A stretch of 40,997 nucleotides of DNA, from positions 1 through 40,997 of the IMG/VR virus record IMGVR_UViG_3300009787_000003; one strand, written 5' to 3'. Position 1 is the first letter of the stretch. Each line of letters starts with the position of its first letter. Under the pieces are notes generated by a model, which was not told where the DNA came from, searched no databases, and worked only from the letters and a program-made list of their open reading frames with translations. Below are positions 8,517 to 17,328 of this stretch, one piece after another. This stretch comes from a virus. The position numbers and the translations under genes were made by a program.

Positions 8517-10441
8517 GGTTCCCGTTCCTCCATAATCTGCGCGACAATCGTTTCGAGATCCGACCTGTCGGTTTCCTCGAAAACCAATTCGTCATGCACT
8601 TTGAAAATTGCAAACAACCCGGCTTTTTCAGCGCGCTTTGCTGCCAATGTCATCATGTCGCGAGCAGAGCCTTGAATGCAGTCGGCGGTGATCATGCCGT
8701 GCCATGCAAGGTGCCTGCGGAATTTCTTCCCCTGGTAGGACATAAACGACCATGCAGGACGTTCGTCGCCGTCAGGCGTGTAGGTGGTCGCCTTGCGGGG
8801 CCGGTGATACCAGATTTTCCGCGTTGACGGCAGGCGCATCGTGAGAAAGTCGCCTTCCTTGCGAAATTCTATCCCCTCATAGGAATAGGTTTTCGACATT
8901 TCGCACCAAACCGCGTCAACGCTGGCCTGGAAAAGCCCGTACCAAAATTTAGGGACAAGAGGCGCAACTTCCTTGCGATAGGTGTTGATAGCAAGCTGTG
9001 CCAATTCGAAAGGTTCGTTCGGGGCAAACCGCGCTTGGAAGCCAACCGGGCCAAGGCCGTAACCAGATCCAAGGAACGTGTTCTTTCCGATCTGCCCTTC
9101 CTTGACTTGGATCTTGCGATTGATCGGACGCTTGTAAATCAGGCTGGCGACTTCGGAATACACGTCCAAGCCGTTGTGCATCTGTTCGACGCGATCGTGT
9201 TGCCCAGCGAACGATAGTAGGTTGCGAGCTTCGACCGCCGCGAAGTCACCCGACACTAGCACTTTGCCCTTGGCCGGAATAACGCAAGAGCGCAGCGACG
9301 AAATGATTGCCGAAAAAATATCTTCGCCCCAAAGCTCTTTGATATGGGGCACGTTCCGCGTCAAAATTGCATCGGCCAGAATGTCGGCTGTCAACCCCTG
9401 CCGGTCGCTGATCTCGCCACGGGGATAGTTTTGGATCTGGATCAACCGGCCCGCGTCGCGGCCTGTCCTAGCTCCGTGGTACTGTGTCGCGTACCGCACG
9501 CGCCCATCCTGCCCGGCGCACGTCAGCATGCGCTCCAGTTTCGACACAGAGGCAGAGGCGAGCTTGCGCCGGAGCGTCAAAGCTTTGTGGACATGCGGCG
9601 GAATCGGCTCGCCAAGATCCGCCAGATCAAATTCATCATCGGGATCGAGAATTGCGTCAAGCGTAGCCTTTTTCAGATCGCCCAAACCCACCCCTTGATC
9701 GTTGACCCAATTCAAGATCTTTTCGCGTTGCGTCGGGTTAAGTCCGGTGATCTGTCGGAATTCCTCTGTCATGGGAATTCGTACTTGATCCAGGACATCG
9801 ATGCAGGCGTGCACAAATTCCGTGTCGATCAACAAACCGCGTTGCTGAATTTTCTGGTCCAAGATCCAGACAGATCGTTCATCCGGCCCTAAGCCGCCCG
9901 TCGCGTGAAAAACACCGGCCTGCCCTTCCACGTCGATATTGCAATATTGCCCCAGGCGCTTCATGTTTTCCGGGGTGTGATGCGACCAGCCCCCATCTTT
10001 GTCGGGCCTGCACATTTTCAGCATTAGCGCGTGGCCTTCCATGTCTTTTTTGACCGGAAGCTCCAAAGCGGTAATGACGGCATCGAGGCCAAGCGGAAGC
10101 GCCTTCATGGCGGCTGTTGCCATGGTATCATGCCACCTTTCCGGTGGAAGTGGGGGATATCCCATAGCAAGCATATGGGCCGACCAAATTGCTTGCTCAA
10201 ACCCGGCATTGTGCGCCAGGAACATAACCGTAGGATCTTTAGCAAGCGCCATCAATTCAGGATCTACTTTGAATAGGTCTTTTTCAAAAAGGCATCGTGT
10301 TGGTTGTGGTTTGCGATCAACAAAAACTTTGATCGAACAACACAAAATAAAAGTAGAAAGATCATGGGCATATTTCCAAGCGCCAACCTTTTTGAGATCG
10401 GCGCGGCTTGCCGTTTCATAATCTAATTCTACATACTTCAC
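8450..10441 (-). CDS. family A DNA polymerase with 3'-5' exonuclease domain
   Basis: Exo motifs: VELDYET, HNAGFEQAIW, QYCNIDVEG. Pol motifs: A DFAAVEARNL, B QIGKNTFLGSGYGLG, C FKVHDELVFE. The GTG start overlaps the upstream stop. Confidence 0.95.
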   Translation of the reverse strand: MKYVELDYETASRADLKKVGAWKYAHDLSTFILCCSIKVFVDRKPQPTRCLFEKDLFKVDPELMALAKDPTVMFLAHNAGFEQAIWSAHMLAMGYPPLPPERWHDTMATAAMKALPLGLDAVITALELPVKKDMEGHALMLKMCRPDKDGGWSHHTPENMKRLGQYCNIDVEGQAGVFHATGGLGPDERSVWILDQKIQQRGLLIDTEFVHACIDVLDQVRIPMTEEFRQITGLNPTQREKILNWVNDQGVGLGDLKKATLDAILDPDDEFDLADLGEPIPPHVHKALTLRRKLASASVSKLERMLTCAGQDGRVRYATQYHGARTGRDAGRLIQIQNYPRGEISDRQGLTADILADAILTRNVPHIKELWGEDIFSAIISSLRSCVIPAKGKVLVSGDFAAVEARNLLSFAGQHDRVEQMHNGLDVYSEVASLIYKRPINRKIQVKEGQIGKNTFLGSGYGLGPVGFQARFAPNEPFELAQLAINTYRKEVAPLVPKFWYGLFQASVDAVWCEMSKTYSYEGIEFRKEGDFLTMRLPSTRKIWYHRPRKATTYTPDGDERPAWSFMSYQGKKFRRHLAWHGMITADCIQGSARDMMTLAAKRAEKAGLFAIFKVHDELVFEETDRSDLETIVAQIMEEREPWMIERRLRVKANVEKMNRYRK

Positions 10442-10893
10442 AAGTCATGCTCCATTTGACGCCGGGCAATTCCGACACCTTTAATAAATCTGGTAAATGC
10501 AGCCTTTTTTGCACGTGGACTATTATCTTCGAATTTTCGAATACCGTTCCGATAGGTATCAGCCACATTTCCGGCATGTGTATCATACCGTAAATTATCC
10601 AACGCGCAGTTATTTTTATTATCGTCATTATGACAGCAAATAAAACCTTCCGGTAACGGACCTATAAAAGCCTCTGCAACCAAGGAATGCACAGTTCGTG
10701 TCACTTTTCGCTTACCAACCAAATTCACATTTAGATAACCGCGACCATCAACCGATCGAACAAGTGTGCGACCTTCCAACCAATAATAAGTTTTCCCGTT
10801 CCATTTCCATCGACCAAAACTGCGCACTTGTCCGTTGTCGGAAACTTCATAAAAGCCTTCGAAACCGACCACAGGCAACCACCGTTCGGTCAA
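10438..10893 (-). CDS. NUMOD4/HNH homing endonuclease
   Basis: WLPVVGFEGFYEVSDNGQVRS (NUMOD4-like) followed by GYLNVNLVGKRKVTRTVHSLVAEAFIG...CCHNDDNKNNCALDNLRYDTHAGN (HNH_3-like). The gene is visibly AT-richer than its surroundings. Confidence 0.85.
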   Translation of the reverse strand: MTERWLPVVGFEGFYEVSDNGQVRSFGRWKWNGKTYYWLEGRTLVRSVDGRGYLNVNLVGKRKVTRTVHSLVAEAFIGPLPEGFICCHNDDNKNNCALDNLRYDTHAGNVADTYRNGIRKFEDNSPRAKKAAFTRFIKGVGIARRQMEHDL

Positions 10894-11108
10894 AAGTCAT
10901 ACTCCAAATCCAATTCGGTCGCGATCGGGCCGACCCAGCCATGCACGGGGCGCGAATAGGGCTGTTGATTGATCCCGTAGCAAAAGCATTTGCCGTTCCA
11001 CTCGATCGTCAGAAACGCCTTAATTTCCGGCGCAGCTTCCCAAGTGGACATGACGACATAAAGCCCCGGTTCGGTTGGCTTCCCTGTCTGGAGTGGGATC
11101 TTGCTCAT
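10890..11108 (-). CDS. 72-aa hypothetical protein, paralogue of 11308-11631
   Basis: Start set at the internal ATG MSKIPLQTGKPT, which overlaps the upstream stop (ATGA). It shares W-x-G-x-F/C ... V-[HY]-[GA]-W-[IV]-G-P with the 107-aa neighbour. It ends in EYDF. Confidence 0.6.
   Translation of the reverse strand: MSKIPLQTGKPTEPGLYVVMSTWEAAPEIKAFLTIEWNGKCFCYGINQQPYSRPVHGWVGPIATELDLEYDF
11073..11108. repeat. 36-bp direct repeat, copy A
   Basis: ggttggcttccctgtctggagtgggatcttgctcat differs from copy B (11276-11311) by one mismatch. Confidence 0.9.
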
Positions 11109-11311
11109 TTGATTGATCCTTGCATCCATCGCATAACTGGAATTAATTCTCGCATCGATTTTTGAGATTGAAACTCTCTCCAACCATCTAGGCGAAAAAT
11201 TAAAGCCCAATTAATTAAATACCAAGGCAATCCCGACACTGGATCAATCGGCAAACCTGCGGCTTTTGCGCTTTTGGTTGGCTTCCCTGTCTGGAGCGGG
11301 ATCTTGCTCAT
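11105..11311 (-). CDS. 68-aa ORF inside an AT-rich insertion bracketed by 36-bp direct repeats
   Basis: It has the same first 12 codons (MSKIPLQTGKPT) as the next gene because of the repeat. The remainder is AT-rich with no recognisable motif. ATGA overlaps occur at both ends. Confidence 0.4.
   Translation of the reverse strand: MSKIPLQTGKPTKSAKAAGLPIDPVSGLPWYLINWALIFRLDGWREFQSQKSMRELIPVMRWMQGSIK
11276..11311. repeat. 36-bp direct repeat, copy B
   Basis: ggttggcttccctgtctggagcgggatcttgctcat. Confidence 0.9.
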
Positions 11312-11631
11312 AAATCATATTCCTGTGTTTCGCCGTAGGCCATGCCCAACGCGGCGGATTTTCCAATCTTTCTATCGACCGGTTCGCTGTCCGCGATTAG
11401 GTTGGCCAAACCGGCATAAACGTCCGACGTGGCAGCTGGCCAAAGATCATCAACCAAACCTGTAGGCCACGGCCCGATCCAAGCATAGACAGGCTTTGGG
11501 CAGTCAAAGCGCCCGTTGTGCCATACAGAGATTTCAGGCGTGGCCCAGCGGCGTTGCAAAGGATCTGCGACGAACACGGTATAGCGCCCATCCACGGCAG
11601 GCATTGCGTCCGCTGTTGAAATGATTTCCAT
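11308..11631 (-). CDS. 107-aa hypothetical protein (paralogue of 10890-11108)
   Basis: GGAGGGA lies upstream of the ATG. It contains WHNGRFDCPKPVYAWIGPWP and ends in EYDL, with the stop overlapping the next ATG. Confidence 0.65.
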   Translation of the reverse strand: MEIISTADAMPAVDGRYTVFVADPLQRRWATPEISVWHNGRFDCPKPVYAWIGPWPTGLVDDLWPAATSDVYAGLANLIADSEPVDRKIGKSAALGMAYGETQEYDL

Positions 11632-11654
11632 GATGTCCGTCCCTCCAAGGCGGT

Positions 11655-11681
11655 TGGCAGACTATTCAATCCGGTCTGCCA
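11655..11681 (-). promoter_or_regulatory. conserved 5'-leader stem-loop, copy 1
   Basis: On the minus strand: CCGCTGGCAGACCGGATTGAATAGTCTGCCA. The 8-bp stem is TGGCAGAC/GTCTGCCA. The 3' arm ends 23 nt before the ATG at 11631. Confidence 0.55.
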
Positions 11682-11695
11682 GCGGATTTTAACGC

Positions 11696-12430
11696 TTAAA
11701 AGGCAATATCGTCGTCGTCGGTCATATCGCCGCTGGGAGCGCCAGCAAGGGGATCGATATCGGAATACCCGGCATAATTGCCGAACACCTGATCGTTGCT
11801 GGGACCGCTGCCGCCGCCCAGCTTTTCACCCTTGCGAATGAAAAGGCAATTCTGGAGATACGCAGTGCAGCCGTCCTTGGCTTCGATCGTCTTGCGACGA
11901 AACGCCTTGAAGGCGACAGACGGCACAGTCCAGGAGCCGGGATAGAACAATTCCTTGTCGGCGGCTGCGCGAATGTGTTCTTCGTTGGCGATATCAACGA
12001 TCTTGCCCGCGACCAGCTTGGCCAATTCAACATCGAATTTGGACGACGCTTGCAGGATGCCGGGATATTTCTCGAACATCACCGCACGGGTTTCCGCTTT
12101 TTCGCGGATTTTCATTGCGGCGTCTTGCGAGATCCCAGGCTTGGTTGCGTTGAATTCCGCAGCCTGCCGAACGCGCTTCGCTGCCGTGGCACCGGACATG
12201 CAGGCCAAGAAATAGTCGCCGGGGTTTGTCCAGTTTCCGGTTTCGCCTTTGATCGCGTTGACCATGATCGGAATGATCGCGTCCAGATCTTCCTTTTCAA
12301 TGCCCCAAGTGCCAGAGAATTTCAATTCCCCCATTTGGCCGTTTTCGAGCTTAGGAGCCGACTTTTTGCCGATCGAGCCATAGAGCGTGCGAGCGGGCTT
12401 GGCGAGCGTGTAACGAAACAATTCAGCCAT
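11696..12430 (-). CDS. single-stranded DNA-binding protein (DUF2815-like) with acidic C-terminal tail
   Basis: It sits between the Cas4-like nuclease and the polymerase, as in DUF2800-DUF2815-PolA modules (from memory). The C-terminus is GDMTDDDDIAF. The ATG at 12430 is preferred over the TTG at 12442. Confidence 0.75.
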   Translation of the reverse strand: MAELFRYTLAKPARTLYGSIGKKSAPKLENGQMGELKFSGTWGIEKEDLDAIIPIMVNAIKGETGNWTNPGDYFLACMSGATAAKRVRQAAEFNATKPGISQDAAMKIREKAETRAVMFEKYPGILQASSKFDVELAKLVAGKIVDIANEEHIRAAADKELFYPGSWTVPSVAFKAFRRKTIEAKDGCTAYLQNCLFIRKGEKLGGGSGPSNDQVFGNYAGYSDIDPLAGAPSGDMTDDDDIAF

Positions 12431-12487
12431 GATAAATTCCAATCAGACATAGTTAGACATAATGTGCTAGGCACGGGTGAAACAGTA

Positions 12488-12658
12488 TTACAAAGACTTG
12501 ACAACCGCAAGAATATATTTCCGTCCATCGGTCGCGGTCGCGATGATTTGCCCCCCTTCGGGTTGAATAATATCGATACCTGAAATTTTGCCGCATGAAT
12601 GCGTTACCGACATCGTTGAACCTGAACGCTTGGCATTCCACGAATAAAGAGTATCCAT
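12488..12658 (-). CDS. 56-aa hypothetical protein
   Basis: Internal ATG preceded by GGAGAAAAATC. Translation: MDTLYSWNAKRSGSTMSVTHSCGKISGIDIIQPEGGQIIATATDGRKYILAVVKSL. Confidence 0.5.
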   Translation of the reverse strand: MDTLYSWNAKRSGSTMSVTHSCGKISGIDIIQPEGGQIIATATDGRKYILAVVKSL

Positions 12659-12714
12659 GATTTTTCTCCAATTGACTTGGCCAAATATAGGCCGGTTTTT
12701 GGCCAAGTCAATAA

Positions 12715-13980
12715 CTAAAATCCCTGATCTTCGTAGGATTGGGCAAACGCCTCGAAAACCACGTCGTTTGTGCGCGGTTTGGCTTCCGGGCGCGGATCGG
12801 ATTGCGGGGCGATCGTCAAGCCGCCTGTTTCGGGTTTGTAGCCCCATTCCTTCGCAATTTCCTTGCCACGACTGGACAGCTTTTCGATGCCAGCGGGAGA
12901 CAATTCCTTTTTGGGCGCATAGGCGTTTTGGCCGAAATTCGCCAGCAGCACGGGAAGCGCTCCAGGCTTCCACACGCGGGCGACTTTCTTTTCGACCAGC
13001 TTGGCCGACGTGATGTTGCCGCCTGTCACCTTGCGGGCATAGACGGCTTGCTCCAAGGCCTTCATAAAGCGTCGGGCATAAACTTGCTGCGCATAGAGCG
13101 CGTCCAATTCGTCATCAGGCAACATGGTGACAAAATCCTCCGAAGCATCGGCAAAATCAAGAAATGCCTTTTTCATTTTAGGACAGTGCAAAAGCACCGG
13201 GCAGAATTGGCACCAATCGCCGGGATTGGCGTCCGCGTCGCCGTGATCAGCTGGCCGGTTCATCAATTCGTTCATGCGTGGCAGCAGAACATTGTGGCCC
13301 CAGGCAAGCACGTGGCCCGCGTCGGTTGTCCAGATCTCCGGTTCTTCGAACACGCCGTAAAAATTCGGCTGGACGATCCCCAGGTGAACCGGGAAATCAA
13401 TCGGCAGCGTGCGCCCCGTTTGTTGCGCGTAATGCAGGATCAAGAGGAAGGCATAATACAGAAGCTGTTCGCTGCCAGTCGCCGCCACTCCGACGCCTTC
13501 ACCGTTTTTGTAGTCGATCAGCCACAAGCCGATGGCATTGATCAGCCCGAAGTCCACGGTGCCTTTCAACAGCGGATGGATCTCCGGCATGTGAAAGGTG
13601 CGCTCGATATAGAATTTCGAGCCATCAACCATGCCGACCGTGTTGATCAGACGATTGCACGTGTTCACATAGACGGACACGGCATCAAGCTCAATTTCCT
13701 CCGGAAAGCCAGCGCGGAAACCACCAAACGTCTTGCCGACGTGTTCGTAAGGCTCTGTGCCTGTTTGCAGGCAGGTAGCTCCGACTTCGTGCGCAGCCGT
13801 TCCCAGCGCAGCAAATTCCGAAGGGATCTCGATAAACTTTCCGGCCTGCAATTGCGCACGGTGTTCCAAAAAGGAAAAGGCGCAATTCAAAAACCGAAAT
13901 GCCGATGAACCGCCCAGGGGCGAATGTTCAAGCTCAATCATGGCACAATTCCAGACAGACACGAAAGACATAAAAGACAT
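12715..13980 (-). CDS. Cas4-like PD-(D/E)XK exonuclease (DUF2800-like)
   Basis: HSPLGGSSAFRFLNC near the N-terminus, LIDYKNGEG (D-x-K of the nuclease core) and the C-terminal Cys cluster CQFCPVLLHC. An alternative and perhaps likelier start is the ATG at 13941 (MIELEH). Confidence 0.85.
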   Translation of the reverse strand: MSFMSFVSVWNCAMIELEHSPLGGSSAFRFLNCAFSFLEHRAQLQAGKFIEIPSEFAALGTAAHEVGATCLQTGTEPYEHVGKTFGGFRAGFPEEIELDAVSVYVNTCNRLINTVGMVDGSKFYIERTFHMPEIHPLLKGTVDFGLINAIGLWLIDYKNGEGVGVAATGSEQLLYYAFLLILHYAQQTGRTLPIDFPVHLGIVQPNFYGVFEEPEIWTTDAGHVLAWGHNVLLPRMNELMNRPADHGDADANPGDWCQFCPVLLHCPKMKKAFLDFADASEDFVTMLPDDELDALYAQQVYARRFMKALEQAVYARKVTGGNITSAKLVEKKVARVWKPGALPVLLANFGQNAYAPKKELSPAGIEKLSSRGKEIAKEWGYKPETGGLTIAPQSDPRPEAKPRTNDVVFEAFAQSYEDQGF

Positions 13981-13983
13981 GAT

Positions 13984-14007
13984 TGGCAGACTTTTCCCGG
14001 TCTGCCA
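13984..14007 (-). promoter_or_regulatory. conserved 5'-leader stem-loop, copy 2
   Basis: On the minus strand: CCGCTGGCAGACCGGGAAAAGTCTGCCA. It has the same 8-bp stem and the same 5' flank as copy 1. It lies in the gap upstream of the nuclease gene. Confidence 0.55.
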
Positions 14008-14027
14008 GCGGGGCGACCCTTTCGGGC

Positions 14028-14756
14028 TTATCCGGCGTATTCGATCCCGGCAACGCTTTCCAATTCCGACGCGAACGCTTCGCGCTTCTCGGCAGGAATG
14101 TTGCGGCTGTGCGGCGTCAGCCCTTCGGGAACGTGCTTGGCAATTGTTGCTTTCACCTTGTCGGGCGATCCCAGCTTGGTTGCGGCCTGATTGGCGAGCT
14201 TCGACAGATCCGCGTCGGTCCAGGTGCGCGCATTGGCCGTGGCCGGAGCCGCAGCAGCCGCGAACGCCGCGAATTCGTCATCTTCCTCGACCGCAGCCGA
14301 CGATGAACCTGCCGCAGCCGCAGCCGACGCAACGCCAGCCGTTGCCGTCCCACTCGACGGTGAATTTGCCGCAGTCGCAGCGTTTGGGGTGCCAGCGGGC
14401 AAATCTTCGCCGGGACCACGAGGCACACCGGCTTTCAGACGCCACAAGCCCGATTTGACCTTGGTGCCGGTGTGACGGGCGGGATCAAACAGCGTACCGG
14501 CAGCATCACGTTCACCGGCCTGCGCCGGGCCGCTGGCATCCGGTTCAACGCCACCAAGCGTGCTGCCGATCGCGCCCGACGCGCTGTTGTCCAGCAATTC
14601 GACTTCCGGCTTCGAAGCCGCAGCTTCGGCAACGGTCGAACCGCGTGCAACCGCGACACCCGACACGCCGCCCAGCAGCGCATAGACAGCCCCCAGCATG
14701 GAGATCGGAACCGGCACACTCACCAGCAGATCCGAAGCATTGTAAGTCTTGCTCAT
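14028..14756 (-). CDS. Ala-rich hypothetical protein
   Basis: 242-aa ORF whose ATG overlaps the SNF2 stop. It is low complexity and contains FDPARHTGTKVKSGLWRLKAG, a motif shared with 35279-35608. Confidence 0.6.
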   Translation of the reverse strand: MSKTYNASDLLVSVPVPISMLGAVYALLGGVSGVAVARGSTVAEAAASKPEVELLDNSASGAIGSTLGGVEPDASGPAQAGERDAAGTLFDPARHTGTKVKSGLWRLKAGVPRGPGEDLPAGTPNAATAANSPSSGTATAGVASAAAAAGSSSAAVEEDDEFAAFAAAAAPATANARTWTDADLSKLANQAATKLGSPDKVKATIAKHVPEGLTPHSRNIPAEKREAFASELESVAGIEYAG

Positions 14757-16408
14757 TTCACATTTCCTTTTTCGTCAAGAACGCGGTGAATGGTGTTGAG
14801 CTTTTCGAGGCTCTTGACCATGATTTTTTCTGCGATCGAACCAGGGGCAACAAACACGTCTGCCGACACCTGATATTTTTGACCGATGCGATCAAGTCGG
14901 GAAACTGCCTGATCGTTGCGAGCCGGAACCCAATCTGGTTCTCCCAGCCCGCACCGGGAACAAACGGTCTGCAACCCATCGACACCTTCACCGCCTGCCT
15001 GAATGTTGGCGATGAATACCCGGATATTAGGGTTTGAAATAAAATCGTCAATCGCTTTCTGTCTTGCCCCGGCAGATTTGCCGCCGTGGAGCATCACCGT
15101 GCCATATTGAGCCAATTCCTTTTCGTAAATTTCCAGCACCGACAGATGCCAACCGAACAAGACGTATTTTTGTTCCCCGCCGTCCAAAAGATCCGCGACA
15201 TAGCCGCAAACCTGCGGTGCGAGCGCTTCGCCCATCAATCGCCGGGCTTTGGAAATGTGCCCCAAGATCTCAAATTTGGTTGTCGTCTGGATATTTTCGA
15301 TGTCCAGCCCAAGCATGCCTTCGACATCAAGCGCGGCTTTGACTTCGCCGTTTTCCATGCACGACACGATCGCGAACCGGGGAATTTTCATCTGTGTGAA
15401 CACGTCGGCCTTTTCGTGGCGAGCCATGATATTCACCCGTAGCTTGTTCTGCAATTCAAGCTCCAGGGACGTGCTTTCCAGCTTGAAATGCTTGCCTTCG
15501 ATCGTTTTCAGGTTGGCTTGCCGGTTATATTTTTCCTTAAATTGTTCTTCCGTCATAAAATTGATGCTCTCCCAATCGAAGTGCCGGAACAGCACGTAAC
15601 ATTCGCTAGGCCGGTTCAACAGCGGCGTGCCGGTCAAGGCCACGCTCCGATCGCAGTAATGAGCAATGCACTTGACGGTTTCGTGCCCTTGGCGCTGGAA
15701 TTCGCCGCGACTGTTGCCCAGGACGGCCCGCGTCACCAAAGCGTCGGCGGATTTCATCTTGTGCGCCTCGTCACAAATCAGCACGTCCCAGCGCCCGTGC
15801 GCAATCGCCCGCATGATCGCCAGATTGCGCGCCGCCTCGTAGCTGATCACTTGATAATTCGCAGTCGGGTGAATTCCATCCTTGACGCGCAGCATGACCG
15901 AAACCGTCAGGTTCGCGATCGTGGACCATTCTTTGATCCGAATGCCCCATTGGATGCGAACCGACGCCGGAACGATCACAAGCACGCGGGTTGCTTCGAC
16001 ATGGTTGCAAAAGGCGATTGACGTTGGGGTTTTGCCCAAGCCCGGTTCGTCGGCGTCGATCCCGCCGTTTCGAGCTATGAGATAATCGAGCGTGGCTTTC
16101 TGATAATCCCAAAGCTCTTTGCCGGGCGGCAGGCGATGGGTGCCCGTGCCGTTCAACCCCCGTGAAAGATTGATCTCGCGCTTGTAGGGACCAAGATCCG
16201 GATCATTATCATCCGTCAGATCGCAGATCGAATACGGATTGCCTGAAAACAAAATTGCCGTGTGCCGTTGGCTGGCCGACGTGCTGAACGACATTCCACG
16301 ATAAGCCATCGCGCGTGCCACGTCTTTTTTGCTTTTGACGGGCATTTCCAAAACATAGAGGCCGCTTGTCGGGGATCGATAGGCTTTCATTTCCATCAAT
16401 CCGTACAT
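14753..16408 (-). CDS. SNF2-family helicase
   Basis: Motif I DEPGLGKT, motif II LICDEAHKMK, and a C-terminal helicase domain (GGEGVDGLQ...QAVSRLDRIGQ). An alternative start at 16396 would give a TGATG overlap. Confidence 0.9.
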   Translation of the reverse strand: MYGLMEMKAYRSPTSGLYVLEMPVKSKKDVARAMAYRGMSFSTSASQRHTAILFSGNPYSICDLTDDNDPDLGPYKREINLSRGLNGTGTHRLPPGKELWDYQKATLDYLIARNGGIDADEPGLGKTPTSIAFCNHVEATRVLVIVPASVRIQWGIRIKEWSTIANLTVSVMLRVKDGIHPTANYQVISYEAARNLAIMRAIAHGRWDVLICDEAHKMKSADALVTRAVLGNSRGEFQRQGHETVKCIAHYCDRSVALTGTPLLNRPSECYVLFRHFDWESINFMTEEQFKEKYNRQANLKTIEGKHFKLESTSLELELQNKLRVNIMARHEKADVFTQMKIPRFAIVSCMENGEVKAALDVEGMLGLDIENIQTTTKFEILGHISKARRLMGEALAPQVCGYVADLLDGGEQKYVLFGWHLSVLEIYEKELAQYGTVMLHGGKSAGARQKAIDDFISNPNIRVFIANIQAGGEGVDGLQTVCSRCGLGEPDWVPARNDQAVSRLDRIGQKYQVSADVFVAPGSIAEKIMVKSLEKLNTIHRVLDEKGNVK

Positions 16409-17328
16409 GAGCCGCAGCGGTCATCTTTCCCCTCGGGAACACAACTTTGCATATCACCTTCGCAAACCTGATTCCATATCTCGCGCATAGAAGGCCTGTC
16501 TTTCCGAAATCGACCTGGCCGATCTGAAACACGTTCCTCCCACAAGATCCAACGTAGCACTCTTTCAGGTGGAACCGCGCCCGGTCGTAACTTAATCTGA
16601 TTTTCAAAAGCGACAAGCATCATGCGTTCTTTAATTTTCCAAGTGCTTGCCATGAAGCAAAAATCGCAATTTCCAAAAATGCTGTCAATTTTAAGATTAA
16701 AAGGCCCATGAAGGAAAAAATTGTCAACATGGTCGATTGTGGCTCCCGCGTCAAACATTGGAAAAACGCCCATACCGCCCGTATCAAAACCACGGATTTC
16801 ATCTTGCAACCAACGCTTATCGCACCGGGATTTTTCGTCTGCCCGATAACCGATTGCGGCATAATATTGTGTCGGCCAGCCTAATGCATCCCGCACAAAC
16901 CGATGCACGGTCTTAATTTTCAAATTCGCTGTGCATGTTCGCTGCGCAGGATTTGGCAGCGGTCTTACCCCAATGGTGCCGTCGCGCCGCTTCAATGTTC
17001 TGGTCAAGAAATCTTCAAAAATTTCCCCATTACGTTTCATTGATGCAAAATCAACCCTGCGATATTTTTTCGGCTTGTCCATATCCCATTCGAGAATATT
17101 TAATCCCAAACCAAAATAATTGTCCAACTTTTGCAGGAAATCATAAGTTTCCGGACGTTCAAGGCTAGTGTTTTCAAATACAAAAACCCAATCGGATTTT
17201 GGTTTACCATTGGCCTCCAAAATATGTGCCATTTGATACGCGCTCGATCGACCGCCAGAAACCCCGATTGTCATAAGATCGGGAAGGTTCCGGTAGGCTT
17301 CTAGATTATTGTATTGGAAATTTTTCAC
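16396..17328 (-). CDS. PAPS-reductase-like PP-loop ATP pyrophosphatase family protein
   Basis: PP-loop IGVSGGRSSAY near the N-terminus, GNCDFCF, and a C-terminal Cys cluster CEGDMQSCVPEGKDDRCGSC. I do not see a canonical CysH ECGLH motif. The gene is visibly AT-richer than its neighbours. Confidence 0.75.
   Translation of the reverse strand: MKNFQYNNLEAYRNLPDLMTIGVSGGRSSAYQMAHILEANGKPKSDWVFVFENTSLERPETYDFLQKLDNYFGLGLNILEWDMDKPKKYRRVDFASMKRNGEIFEDFLTRTLKRRDGTIGVRPLPNPAQRTCTANLKIKTVHRFVRDALGWPTQYYAAIGYRADEKSRCDKRWLQDEIRGFDTGGMGVFPMFDAGATIDHVDNFFLHGPFNLKIDSIFGNCDFCFMASTWKIKERMMLVAFENQIKLRPGAVPPERVLRWILWEERVSDRPGRFRKDRPSMREIWNQVCEGDMQSCVPEGKDDRCGSCTD

Noticed and set aside
16396-17328. Calling the PP-loop protein CysH, a sulfate-assimilation auxiliary metabolic gene.
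   Set aside because: I see no ECGLH-type C-terminal catalytic motif. A different Cys cluster and GNCDFCF are present. The family-level name is kept only.
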